Assembly: GCA_964374025.1 (NCBI GenBank)
Contig: CAYJWU010000001.1
Location: 1-63,450, forward strand
DNA: 63,450 bases
Source: an uncultured Candidatus Saccharibacteria bacterium
GTDB lineage: Bacteria; Patescibacteriota; Minisyncoccia; Spechtbacterales; HO2-43-30
Reading direction: 5' to 3'
Shown piece after piece: positions 1 through 8,162 of the stretch. Both the position numbers and the translations under genes were made by a program. Below the pieces are notes generated by a model that was not told the origin of the DNA, ran no database searches, and was given only the letters and a program-made list of their open reading frames with translations. Position 1 is the first letter of the stretch. Every line of letters starts with the position of its first letter.

Positions 1-17
1 ACAATGATTCCTCTCGG

Positions 18-47
18 GGCCTGATTTGCGAAATCAGGTCTTTTCTT
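18..47 (+). terminator. putative intrinsic terminator for a + strand gene lying left of the window
   Basis: 10-bp stem GGCCTGATTT/AAATCAGGTC (one G-T pair), loop GCG, followed by TCTTTTCTT. Confidence 0.4.
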
Positions 48-99
48 GCCCGTCGCACTTTTTATATTTCTTCCCCGAATCGCACTGGCAGGGTTGTCA
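34..99 (-). pseudogene. orphan SEC-C zinc-motif fragment, a degenerate copy of the secA 3' end
   Basis: Minus-strand reading gives [20 protein letters not shown]-stop (stop at 34-36), but an in-frame TGA sits at 97-99. Nt 55-78 are identical to 853-876 at the true secA 3' end. Confidence 0.6.
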
Positions 100-160
100 T
101 TCGGGGCTATCGATAAGTTTTAGATGTTCTGCGCTCAACACGAAAAACAAAAATAATCCC

Positions 161-194
161 AATCGCCTCGGCATTGTGCCGAGGCGATTTTTTT
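161..194. terminator. hairpin terminator, probably bidirectional, downstream of the 220-708 gene
   Basis: 11-bp perfect stem AATCGCCTCGG/CCGAGGCGATT with loop CATTGTG. T-run on the + side; T-rich tract (revcomp of 140-160) on the - side. Confidence 0.55.
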
Positions 195-219
195 CAATGT
201 TTTCAACCGTGAATTGTAC

Positions 220-708
220 TTACTCCCAAGGGCTGCCGCTGGATAATCTACGGGACTCCGCGAGAGAAAACGGCACTCGCGGAGTTTCTTTTTCCTTTTC
301 TTCAATCAAGGCGTAGTTTTTCTCCCGCTGCTGCTGTTCTTCCGTGCTTGCGATTTTGTGCGCCTCATCGTAACTTAAACCCTTTTCTGCCATGAGTTTG
401 CGTTCCGTAAGTTCGTGTTGAGTGGTGTATTCCAGCTCCACCGCGTTTATTGATCCATCAAGCCAAATCTCTCCTTCGGGAATAAAATTATAGACACGGT
501 CATTTCCGCCAAAAAGAAATTCGGAAAGAATTTTGCGGCGGATAAAACTTCCGTTTACTATCCAAACATCTAACCCCTCTTTCTTCCCCAAGTAATACTC
601 GTACACACCCTTGAGTGATCGGCGTCTGCCGTTTGAAGAGGGGGGATGGCCGTTGGGAATAGTCGCTACTTGTTTTTTGTCAGTTTTATCTATGATTTCT
701 TGATTCAC
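220..708 (-). CDS. hypothetical protein with an HELTE...AH motif (possible zincin-like)
   Basis: 162-aa ORF with a GTG start and no obvious SD. No family recognised. Lies between the two secA 3'-end repeats. Confidence 0.5.
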   Translation of the reverse strand: MNQEIIDKTDKKQVATIPNGHPPSSNGRRRSLKGVYEYYLGKKEGLDVWIVNGSFIRRKILSEFLFGGNDRVYNFIPEGEIWLDGSINAVELEYTTQHELTERKLMAEKGLSYDEAHKIASTEEQQQREKNYALIEEKEKETPRVPFSLAESRRLSSGSPWE

Positions 709-810
709 AACTATATTATGCAGTATGCTTTTTAAAAAAGCTATGTGGATAAATCATATTCTGCTTCAACGCTATCCGCCAATGCTTACCGTTCTCGTAC
801 CGTCTAATCC

Positions 811-839
811 ATCGCTCCAATCACAGGGGCGATTTTTTT
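811..839. terminator. hairpin plus T-run immediately after the secA stop codon
   Basis: Stem ATCGCTCC/GGGGCGAT (one G-T pair), loop AATCACA, then TTTTTTT on the + strand. Its sequence resembles the hairpin at 161-194. The T-run is on the strand opposite to secA. Confidence 0.35.
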
Positions 840-840
840 A

Positions 841-3480
841 TTACTGCCCGTGGCACTTTTTATATTTCTTCCCCGACCCGCAGTAACAGGGGTCGTTGCG
901 GCCTATAGTTGCGCGCGGAGATGATACATTTTGCTCCATGGGCATTTGCGGCGTTTCTTTTAGCTCCACCCTAAATACCGTAAGCACAACTTGGGTCTGC
1001 CAAGCGCCGAGCAGCCGCTCAAACATCGCGAGACCCTCGCGCTTATATTCAACAAGCGGATCCTTCTGGCCGTACGCGCGCAGGCGCACGCTGTCGCGCA
1101 AACTTTCCATTGTCTCCAGATGATCCATCCAAAGCACATCAAGCGTACGGAGCATTATAAACTTTTCAAGCTCCCGCATCCTTTTTACGCCCATCTTTTC
1201 CTCTTTCTCTTTATGCGTCTTGTTAGCTATATCAAGCACGGCGTCCAATAACTCCCGTTTTAAATCCTCTGGTTCTCCGGCTTTTTTTATAATTGCCAAA
1301 AAATTTGAATGAAAATCATCAGAAACAGAAAATATGCCCTTTGTATTTTCGAAAATTTCTTCTATGTTCCACTCGGCAGGGTGCCCGGCCGCGGTGTGGA
1401 AATTCACCATTCTTCGAAGTTCATCCTCGATCATATCGATTAGCTGTGAGCTTTTAGCATTTAGCTTATAGCCGGATAGTATTTCTCTGCGTCTTTCATA
1501 AATAACCTGCCTCTGCTTATTCAGTACCTCATCGTAATCCAAAACATGCTTTCGGGTGTCGAAGTGAAATCCTTCTATCTTTCCCTGCGCCGACTCAATT
1601 GCCCCAGAAATCATACCGCTTGCGATCGCTTGATCTTCGGGTATTTTAAGGGTTGCCATAAGACCCTTGATCCTATCGCCCCCGAAAATGCGCATAATGT
1701 CGTCTTCGAGAGATACGAAAAACTGTGAGGCGCCCGGGTCTCCCTGACGGCCCGCGCGGCCCCTAAGCTGATTATCTATGCGGCGCGCCTCATGGCGCTC
1801 GGTGCCTAATACAAAAAGTCCCCCCACTTCGCGCACTTTCTTCGCTTCATCCGCAGAGGGCGGATTACCCCCCAAGATAATATCCACTCCTCTGCCGGCC
1901 ATATTTGTCGCGACAGTAACCGCGCCAAACTTCCCGGCTTGGGCAATAATCGCGCCTTCTCTCTCGTGATTTTTCGCGTTCAAAACCTCATGTTTTACTC
2001 CGGCCTTTTCTAAAAAGATAGAAACTACTTCATTATTTTGTATGCTTGTTGTTCCGATAAGCACGGGCTGGCCAACTTTATTGCGTTTTTTTACCTCCCC
2101 CACAATTGCCTGCATCTTTCCGCGGGCGGTTCTAAATACCAAGTCCGGCTCATTTTTGCGGATCATGGGTTTATTTGTGGGAATAGATACAACTTCCAAT
2201 TTATATACCTTGTCGAGCTCTTCGGCAGAAGTCATGGCAGTTCCCGTCATACCGCTAAGCTTCTTGTACATTCTGAAATAATTTTGAAAAGTAATAGAAG
2301 CAAGCGTTCTTGATTCCTTTTGCACCTCCAACATCTCTTTCGCTTCAAGCGCCTGATGGAGTCCCTCGGAATATCGCCGCCCCGGCATCAGACGGCCGGT
2401 AAATTCATCTACAATTATAACCTCCCCTCCGTCAGCTGACGGATTCACGACATAATCCCTGTCTTTTTGGAACAAAACTTTCGCGCGCAACGCCTGCTCA
2501 AGCTGATGAACATATCTTATGCCCCCACCCTTTGCCTGATCGTAGATATTTTCTATTCCAAGGATTTTCTCGAGTTTCGCGATTCCCTCTTCCGTAATTG
2601 ACACTGTCTTCATTTTTTCATCTATATTGTAATCTGGCCCTTCTTGAAGCTGGGGCACAATGCGGGAAAAAGTTTTGTAAAGCGTGGTTGATTCTTCGTC
2701 CGGAGCAGAAATTATAAGCGGGGTGCGCGCCTCATCTATAAGGATAGAGTCCACCTCGTCAACTATCGCGAAATTAAAATCCCTCTGTACACGCTCGCCA
2801 AGCGAATACACTAGATTGTCTCGTAAATAATCAAAGCCAAACTCATTGTTAGTCCCGTATGTTACGTCCGCGGCATATGCTTCTTTGCGGGTACAGGGAC
2901 GCAGATAACTTTCTTGTACCTCAAAGGCGCCTTTTGTATCCCGCTCCTCATCCTTTTTTTCGTTTTTGTACGCAGAGTCATACAGATACGCCGCATCGTG
3001 CTTTATGCAAGCCACGCTCAAAGCAAGCGCGTCGTAAATCTGCCCCATCCACACCGCGTCTCTTTTGGCCAGATAATCGTTGACGGTGACTACATGCACG
3101 CCCCTACCGGTCAGGGCATTGAGATAGACCGGAGCGGTTGCCGCAAGAGTCTTGCCTTCTCCTGTCCTCATCTCCGCGATTTTGCCCTGATGCAGGACAA
3201 TGCCGCCCATAAGCTGAACATCAAAATGTCTCTGGCCAAGCGTGCGCTTTGATGCCTCCCGCACAAGCGCGAACGCCTCGGGCAAAACATCCTCCAGTGT
3301 AACGGGGTCTGACCCCGTTACATTTATTCGGTTTTTAAGTTCCGCGGTCTTTTCTTTCATCTCGACGCCAGAAAGCCGCTCGAACTCGGGTTCGTGCGAA
3401 TTTATCTTCTCCACTGTGCTCTGCAACTTTTTCACCTCTCTCGCGTTGGGATCGCCTAAAATTTTAGAGAATATTGACAT
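841..3480 (-). CDS. secA: preprotein translocase ATPase SecA
   Basis: 879 aa. DEAD-like motor motifs ([38 protein letters not shown]) and the C-terminal SEC-C zinc motif [14 protein letters not shown]. Confidence 0.97.
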   Translation of the reverse strand: MSIFSKILGDPNAREVKKLQSTVEKINSHEPEFERLSGVEMKEKTAELKNRINVTGSDPVTLEDVLPEAFALVREASKRTLGQRHFDVQLMGGIVLHQGKIAEMRTGEGKTLAATAPVYLNALTGRGVHVVTVNDYLAKRDAVWMGQIYDALALSVACIKHDAAYLYDSAYKNEKKDEERDTKGAFEVQESYLRPCTRKEAYAADVTYGTNNEFGFDYLRDNLVYSLGERVQRDFNFAIVDEVDSILIDEARTPLIISAPDEESTTLYKTFSRIVPQLQEGPDYNIDEKMKTVSITEEGIAKLEKILGIENIYDQAKGGGIRYVHQLEQALRAKVLFQKDRDYVVNPSADGGEVIIVDEFTGRLMPGRRYSEGLHQALEAKEMLEVQKESRTLASITFQNYFRMYKKLSGMTGTAMTSAEELDKVYKLEVVSIPTNKPMIRKNEPDLVFRTARGKMQAIVGEVKKRNKVGQPVLIGTTSIQNNEVVSIFLEKAGVKHEVLNAKNHEREGAIIAQAGKFGAVTVATNMAGRGVDIILGGNPPSADEAKKVREVGGLFVLGTERHEARRIDNQLRGRAGRQGDPGASQFFVSLEDDIMRIFGGDRIKGLMATLKIPEDQAIASGMISGAIESAQGKIEGFHFDTRKHVLDYDEVLNKQRQVIYERRREILSGYKLNAKSSQLIDMIEDELRRMVNFHTAAGHPAEWNIEEIFENTKGIFSVSDDFHSNFLAIIKKAGEPEDLKRELLDAVLDIANKTHKEKEEKMGVKRMRELEKFIMLRTLDVLWMDHLETMESLRDSVRLRAYGQKDPLVEYKREGLAMFERLLGAWQTQVVLTVFRVELKETPQMPMEQNVSSPRATIGRNDPCYCGSGKKYKKCHGQ
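1449..1472. repeat. tandem heptamer array (AGCTTTT AGCATTT AGCTTAT AGC) inside secA
   Basis: Read directly. Encodes GYKLNAKS in the secA frame. 18 of 19 nt match the murB array (1454-1472 vs 6031-6049). Confidence 0.6.
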
Positions 3481-3498
3481 AACCTATGTAAAGTACCA

Positions 3499-3526
3499 CA
3501 AAAAAGACCCGACATCAAATCGGGTC
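3499..3526 (-). terminator. intrinsic terminator after the 3546-3935 gene
   Basis: 7-bp stem GACCCGA/TCGGGTC with loop CATCAAA. On the minus strand it is followed by TTTTTTG. Confidence 0.6.
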
Positions 3527-3545
3527 ATAATCGGGCCATGTTTCC

Positions 3546-3935
3546 TTATGTTTCCTGTTTCCCGGCAACTCGTAAATATAACCTATTAAGCGCTATGCGC
3601 AGCCGTTCCTTTTCTCGAGCTTCGGGAGTTTGGGGGGCCCTCGGAAACTCCTCCCGTCCAAAAAATCTGCATACCCTTCTTAGGAATTTTCCGATGGGCG
3701 CTTGGGAAATATGTGTTTGCGGCTCAACAATGGTCTCTCCCCCGCCATTCACGAAACGTGTGAGGAAAATTGTGTTGTTTCCCAAGCCCATTACCGGGCC
3801 CGCATGAATACGAACTTCTGCGTCGTCAACTATAGCCCTGAACTTCTCGCAATAATCGTCCCCTAAACTAGTCCATTTAATTCCGTTGCTTTCTGTTCTG
3901 CGGCATAGATCTTCTACATAAACATCCGGACTCAT
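3546..3935 (-). CDS. hypothetical protein
   Basis: 129-aa ORF with ATG preceded by GGAGG (revcomp of 3941-3945). No family recognised. Confidence 0.6.
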   Translation of the reverse strand: MSPDVYVEDLCRRTESNGIKWTSLGDDYCEKFRAIVDDAEVRIHAGPVMGLGNNTIFLTRFVNGGGETIVEPQTHISQAPIGKFLRRVCRFFGREEFPRAPQTPEAREKERLRIALNRLYLRVAGKQET

Positions 3936-3960
3936 CGCACGCCTCCTTTGAGTATAACTT

Positions 3961-4848
3961 CTAACTAGTTGATTTTTCCTCCGGCAAGAAAAAGGTGAGG
4001 CACCTGTCCGCGCCGCCCGATTTCTTAAACTCCCTTGTATTGCTCTTTCGCGTTTCGATATCGCGTTTCGCCATATCTTCTATAAATTTCTTTGTAGGAT
4101 TTGATGCAATGTAGATTACCGCAGATTCGCCCCCTTCGCCACGAATCTCCCTTTGCTCCACAAAAGCGCCATTGCAGGTAAAGTTTTTCGCGTCTTCCTC
4201 ACTCACGGCATAGAGATCGGCAGGCAGTGCATTCCAGATGATGCGTTTTGCCGCGCTGTCAAAGGCTGGCGGGTAAAAAACATAAAGCATCTTCGGGGAA
4301 ATAAAATTGCTTGCCATATCCTTATGGTAAAACTCCGGCATAGTAAGGCGCATTGGGATTACATTTTCTTCGGGTAATTCATGAATTTGCGCAAGGTGCC
4401 TTGCCGCTTCATACTGCGTCCGCCCCTGCCCATATCCCATAAGAACTATAGGCGGGTCAACGGTGTCAATTGTTACGACATCGCCCTGCCCCTCAAAGAT
4501 GACATTCGGCGGCAGTTTGAAAATATTAACGCCAAGCATTTTCTGGCGATGCTTATTAAACCAAAGTTCATATAGCTGCTGCTCTCCTCGCCGTATCGCA
4601 TGCGCAAAGTTTGAAAGAATAACCTTGCCCCACCTGCACCATCCGGCATTTGCGGTAAAGCACATATCCTGCAAGCCGGGCTCGGGATCAACGAACCATA
4701 CTTCTACACCCAAATTCATATACAGGCGTACGAGCTCCTGCCATTGCGCGCGCGCCCTTTTGGGATCCGGCTTTCTACGCCTATCCATATGGATATTAAT
4801 TTCTTCTTCGATATCAATGTAATCCGGCGGGCACATTAATACTCGCAT
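3961..4848 (-). CDS. amidinotransferase-fold (guanidino-group modifying, DDAH/arginine deiminase-like) protein
   Basis: 295 aa. N-terminal MCPPDY...INIHM pattern and C-terminal GGADRC (catalytic Cys context) typical of this superfamily. GGAGG RBS. Confidence 0.55.
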   Translation of the reverse strand: MRVLMCPPDYIDIEEEINIHMDRRRKPDPKRARAQWQELVRLYMNLGVEVWFVDPEPGLQDMCFTANAGWCRWGKVILSNFAHAIRRGEQQLYELWFNKHRQKMLGVNIFKLPPNVIFEGQGDVVTIDTVDPPIVLMGYGQGRTQYEAARHLAQIHELPEENVIPMRLTMPEFYHKDMASNFISPKMLYVFYPPAFDSAAKRIIWNALPADLYAVSEEDAKNFTCNGAFVEQREIRGEGGESAVIYIASNPTKKFIEDMAKRDIETRKSNTREFKKSGGADRCLTFFLPEEKSTS

Positions 4849-4887
4849 AAGAGACCTCCAATTTGTATATATTTTAAAGATCTATTT

Positions 4888-5295
4888 TTACCCCGCTGCT
4901 TCGGAAAAGCGCGTCATATCTTTTGCTTTTCGCGCTTCGCTTTTTTGTTTCGCGCCCTGTTTTCTTTTATATTTTTTTAGGCGCCTTTGCATCTCATCTT
5001 TCGCCTCATCGATTGCCTGGTACAAATCCCATTGCGTGCTTTCCGTGCGCACGCCCTCTACTCCGGGCAATCTTATCTGTATCTCCGCCCTGAAAATATC
5101 TCCGCTCTGATGATGTTTTGTCGTACGCTCAACCTCAACCCAACACTCGTAAGGCGGATTGCCCTTTGCCCCGAGCTTGTCGAGGGGCTCGCCTATCCCT
5201 TGCGTGAATTTATCAAGGCCGCCAATCTTTTTTTGGATATATTTGTAGATAGAATCGGAGAGTTGTATATTTGTACCCCTGATCGTGATTTTCAT
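4888..5295 (-). CDS. hpf: ribosome hibernation promoting factor (S30AE/RaiA family)
   Basis: 135 aa. MKITIRGTNIQLSDSIYKYIQKKI... and DLYQAIDEAKDEMQRRLKKYK are characteristic. Lys-rich tail. Confidence 0.85.
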   Translation of the reverse strand: MKITIRGTNIQLSDSIYKYIQKKIGGLDKFTQGIGEPLDKLGAKGNPPYECWVEVERTTKHHQSGDIFRAEIQIRLPGVEGVRTESTQWDLYQAIDEAKDEMQRRLKKYKRKQGAKQKSEARKAKDMTRFSEAAG

Positions 5296-5303
5296 TTCAC
5301 ATT

Positions 5304-6275
5304 TTAAAATCCTACATATTGTACCTCTTCTTCCGGTATTATGGCAAATTTATCGCGAATTCGCTGTTTCGCGAAATCTATAAGCATAGCAACATCTTCT
5401 GCCATAGCATCTTTATAGTTTACAAAAAAGTTTGGATGTTTCGCGCTTATCATCGCTCCGCCGATCCTATGGCCCTTTAATTCTGCTTCGTCTATAAAAC
5501 AAGCCATGGGAACTACCGGAAACGGATCGTTTTTTATTGAATTCCTGAACCTCGGATATCTATCAAATATCTCGCTTTTTATAAAATTTACATCTACTGC
5601 TTTAAATACGCTGCCGCAGGAGCCGTACTCAAGCGGATGACGCGCGGCGCGGTATTCTATTGTGTCTTTTGAAAATTTCCGCAGCGCGTTCGTATCTCCC
5701 TTCTCAAACTCAAGGGTTGCGGACAGAATAATGTAGTTTGGATTTTGTTTTCCGCCAAAGGCGGATCCGCCTCTGGCGGAAAAAATACTGTCCCTATACG
5801 CAAACTGGCACTTGTTATTGTTAAATTCTTTTATGTTGCCTTTGTTGTCTAAAAATCGCGCGGAGCTTAGAATATCTTTTATCTCTCCTCCGAATGCTCC
5901 CGCATTCCCCCGTATTGCCCCCCCAAAACTCCCCGGGATCCCGGAAGCCCACTCAAGGCCCTTGAGGCCGTTCTCGATGGAAATTCCAACCAATTCAGGC
6001 AAATCGATTCCGGCTTCGGCCTCTATTTTATTAGCTTTTAGCTTATAGCTTTTAGCTTTTAGCTTTACGACAAGGCCGTCGAATCCTTTGTCTGAAACCA
6101 AGATATTGCTCCCTCCGCCCAAGATAAAAAACGGCACCGCCTCCTTTCGCGCCCACGAAACCGCTTCGGCTATCTCATCCTCGCTTTTTGCTTCAACAAA
6201 ATACCTCGCCGGTCCGCCGATTTTATAAGTGGTATGTGAAACAAGCTTTATATTTTCTTGTATATCCAGCTTCAT
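5304..6275 (-). CDS. murB: UDP-N-acetylenolpyruvoylglucosamine reductase MurB
   Basis: HTTYKIGGPARYF, FILGGGSNIL, GIPGSFGGAIRGNAGAFG, YRDS and GSVFK motifs. Start placed at the ATG at 6275. The ORF extends to 6317 only by running into the palindrome. Confidence 0.9.
   Translation of the reverse strand: MKLDIQENIKLVSHTTYKIGGPARYFVEAKSEDEIAEAVSWARKEAVPFFILGGGSNILVSDKGFDGLVVKLKAKSYKLKANKIEAEAGIDLPELVGISIENGLKGLEWASGIPGSFGGAIRGNAGAFGGEIKDILSSARFLDNKGNIKEFNNNKCQFAYRDSIFSARGGSAFGGKQNPNYIILSATLEFEKGDTNALRKFSKDTIEYRAARHPLEYGSCGSVFKAVDVNFIKSEIFDRYPRFRNSIKNDPFPVVPMACFIDEAELKGHRIGGAMISAKHPNFFVNYKDAMAEDVAMLIDFAKQRIRDKFAIIPEEEVQYVGF
5749..5784. repeat. 36-bp near-perfect palindrome centred on GGATCC, in-frame in murB
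   Basis: TTTTCCGCCAAAGGCGGATCCGCCTCTGGCGGAAAA has one mismatched pair. It encodes FSARGGSAFGGK. Confidence 0.85.
6033..6067. repeat. five tandem heptamers (AGCTTTT AGCTTAT AGCTTTT AGCTTTT AGCTTTA) in-frame in murB
   Basis: Read directly. Encodes KLKAKSYKLKA. Confidence 0.85.
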
Positions 6276-6310
6276 GTCCAATAAAATACCACAAAACCGC
6301 CATGAAATCA

Positions 6311-6339
6311 ATTTCATCGGGGACTGTCCCCGATGAAAT
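6311..6339. repeat. 29-bp perfect palindrome ATTTCATCGGGGACTGTCCCCGATGAAAT
   Basis: Read directly. Abuts the transposase stop codon (6339-6341) and lies upstream of murB. Confidence 0.95.
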
Positions 6340-7079
6340 TAGTCTAATGCTATATCTTTCCAGTCCTCGTATGCTTGCGCCTTATGTTGCATCCAATCTT
6401 CTACCGCTTCCTTGCAGCCGTCTTCGCCCCCAAACAATTCCAAAAAGAGTTTTCGATTTGTAACCGATGGAAAATTTTTCTTCCCAATGTAATCTGGATA
6501 ACTAGACCACTTCCATGCGCTTAATTTTCGTTTCGCCTCCTTGAAATTTCTTAATCCTGACGTTTTCCATAACACCTCACGTAACTCTACGGGGTTTGTA
6601 TGAATATAGGAAAAAATCGTAACGAGTTGCTGATCTGTTTGTATATCTATTGCTTTATATCTATTTTGAAATAGAGACCCCACTCGCTCGTATTTTTTAT
6701 TAAAGTATACGACGTAACCGCCAAGCTTCCTCATAAATAACGAAATTCCACCGTCTTTGCGCTGGCGAAGCAAAAGATGAAAATGATTGGGCATCAAACA
6801 AAAAGCCAGAATATCCACAAGCAATTTTCTCTTCTTGGGTTCAACTTTTTTACGTTTCTTATACTCACTCGTACTGCCAGGGGCTATTTTATCGGGGACT
6901 GTCCCCGATAAAATAGCCCTGAAGTCTTGAGCTACTACATCCTCATCATTGAACTCATATAAATCGTGGATAAAACGATAGTAATCATTATTGCACATGA
7001 AGATATCGCGCTTCTCAACGCCTCGGTTGATCACGTGATAAATATTATCCGTGCTTAAAACTATCGTTTTTCGAGCCAT
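6339..7079 (-). CDS. REP-associated / IS200-family tyrosine (Y1, HUH) transposase
   Basis: YHVINRGVEKRDIF strand, HUH motif MPNHFHLLL, catalytic Tyr motif SYIHTNPV. Start set at the ATG at 7079 (MARKTIVLS). The upstream extension to 7178 is just the palindrome read in frame. Confidence 0.85.
   Translation of the reverse strand: MARKTIVLSTDNIYHVINRGVEKRDIFMCNNDYYRFIHDLYEFNDEDVVAQDFRAILSGTVPDKIAPGSTSEYKKRKKVEPKKRKLLVDILAFCLMPNHFHLLLRQRKDGGISLFMRKLGGYVVYFNKKYERVGSLFQNRYKAIDIQTDQQLVTIFSYIHTNPVELREVLWKTSGLRNFKEAKRKLSAWKWSSYPDYIGKKNFPSVTNRKLFLELFGGEDGCKEAVEDWMQHKAQAYEDWKDIALD
6881..6919. repeat. 39-bp perfect palindrome GGGCTATTTTATCGGGGACTGTCCCCGATAAAATAGCCC inside the transposase ORF
   Basis: Read directly. 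Exactly 13 codons, translated as RAILSGTVPDKIAPG. Confidence 0.95.
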
Positions 7080-7096
7080 AAATCTTTTTTTCCTTT

Positions 7097-7123
7097 TTTT
7101 ATCGGGGACTGTCCCCGATAAAA
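7097..7123. repeat. 27-bp perfect palindrome TTTTATCGGGGACTGTCCCCGATAAAA
   Basis: Read directly. Lies 18 nt upstream of the transposase ATG. Confidence 0.95.
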
Positions 7124-7164
7124 TTAATATAGCATAGTATTTGAAAATAAAAAGAGCGGAATAT

Positions 7165-7962
7165 TTACTCCGCTCCAATCCTCGACCACTCCGGGCCCCA
7201 GAGGTAATGCCCCGCCTGAATCAAGCAAAAAACTTGACCCGGCAGCATTTCTTCGTGCTTTTCTCTGATAAAATTATACACTGCTCCCGGATCGCAGTCT
7301 AAGAAAAAAACTTCGCCCTCGTTTTCCTGTGCGTCAGGATGCCTGCGCGTGATTTCGCCCGATGATATCGAAACCTCAGCCAAAAAATTTAATTCGTTAG
7401 CCATCCTTCGCTCAAGTCTCTGTGAAATACCCAAAAGAAAAAGGTTTAGAACCTCATCGCATTCAATTGCAAGCTCCTCCCAAAACTCCCTCTTTGCATG
7501 GCTGAATGGGTTATTTTCATCTAAAATTCCTCCCGGAAGAGCAATAATGCCAGGAAAATCCACAGTTTGAGATCTTATGTTCATCACAATCTTGGAGTCG
7601 GATGTTATCACAACAGCACTCATCCCCACCCCCATGGGAAGATCTTCTATTCCCCAGTCAAACGCCTCGGCAAATTCTTTGCGGCATATATCATATAATG
7701 CGTATGTAAGGGGACCGAGCGCAAGCATAAGTATGTTCCCATCCATTTTGGATCGCTCCAAGGATAGATGCCTCGCTTCACCATCAAAAAGATTTGGGTT
7801 TGTCTCCTTGCGAGTAAGAAATCGGGCGAGCGCAACAGTCCTCATTTCCTCTGTTACACTTGGAGCAAGCCCATCCTCAAAATTAACCATGACACCGTCC
7901 TCGTCCCACACCCCCCTAGTCAAAATATTTACGCTAGAAGCCACCAAACCCATCAGGTCCAT
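7165..7962 (-). CDS. Nudix-family hydrolase
   Basis: 265 aa. Nudix-box-like PGGILDENNPFSHAKREFWEELAIE. Confidence 0.6.
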   Translation of the reverse strand: MDLMGLVASSVNILTRGVWDEDGVMVNFEDGLAPSVTEEMRTVALARFLTRKETNPNLFDGEARHLSLERSKMDGNILMLALGPLTYALYDICRKEFAEAFDWGIEDLPMGVGMSAVVITSDSKIVMNIRSQTVDFPGIIALPGGILDENNPFSHAKREFWEELAIECDEVLNLFLLGISQRLERRMANELNFLAEVSISSGEITRRHPDAQENEGEVFFLDCDPGAVYNFIREKHEEMLPGQVFCLIQAGHYLWGPEWSRIGAE

Positions 7963-8030
7963 CGCTTCACCCCCCTAAAAGCAGCTTGATTTTACAAGAA
8001 CTTATTACACACATAACATAATTTCTATAA

Positions 8031-8057
8031 AATAAAAAGGGGCGGAACTATCCGCCC
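8031..8057 (-). terminator. intrinsic terminator downstream of the 8163-8471 gene
   Basis: Stem GGGCGGA/TCCGCCC with loop ACTA. On the minus strand it is followed by CTTTTTATTTTAT. Confidence 0.55.
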
Positions 8058-8114
8058 TAGCGCTGTTATTCAAAGAACCACCCTAGCTTTAACTTGCCTC
8101 CTTTATGTAAGTAT

Positions 8115-8143
8115 TTTGCCGGTTTTAAGGGAAAACCGGCAAA
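8115..8143 (-). other. 12-bp perfect hairpin 20 nt after the stop of the 8163-8471 gene
   Basis: TTTGCCGGTTTT-AAGGG-AAAACCGGCAAA. No U-tract follows on the minus strand. Confidence 0.5.
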
Positions 8144-8162
8144 CCGTTAGATTCCCCTTTAC

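Larger units (their letters stand above)
6311..7123 (-). mobile_element. IS200/RayT-like unit: Y1 transposase gene flanked by identical palindromic hairpins (REPtron-like)
   Basis: Core ATCGGGGAC-T-GTCCCCGAT is present at both ends and once internally. The transposase ORF lies between them. Confidence 0.7.

Noticed and set aside
97-99. TGA recoding (genetic code 25) to rescue the SEC-C fragment as a longer gene
   Set aside because: Several well-supported genes in the window terminate at TGA, often in ATGA start/stop overlaps (for example 17121-17124, 19951-19954 and 30128-30131). Protein lengths are normal under code 11.
26-316. 96-aa + strand ORF at the left edge
   Set aside because: It runs through a terminator hairpin, the SEC-C remnant on the opposite strand and the 3' end of the 220-708 gene. 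It has no RBS and no recognisable motif. It is a shadow ORF.
3623-3656. Possible hairpin GGAGTTT-N13-AAACTCC inside the 3546-3935 ORF as another embedded element
   Set aside because: It has only a 7-bp stem with a 13-nt loop and no extended symmetry. That is within what chance produces.
6311-7123. Three identical palindromes considered as a mini CRISPR array
   Set aside because: The spacings are irregular (about 540 and 180 bp). One copy is inside an ORF, there are no cas genes, and the repeats are perfect palindromes flanking a Y1 transposase. A REP/IS200-type interpretation fits better.
7080-7178. N-terminal extensions offered by the ORF track (transposase to 7178, murB to 6317, sugar transferase from 23562, methyltransferase to 17169, several TTG starts)
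   Set aside because: The extensions either consist of palindrome sequence read in frame or overlap the upstream gene extensively. Internal ATG codons give N-termini typical of the families and classic ATGA overlaps.
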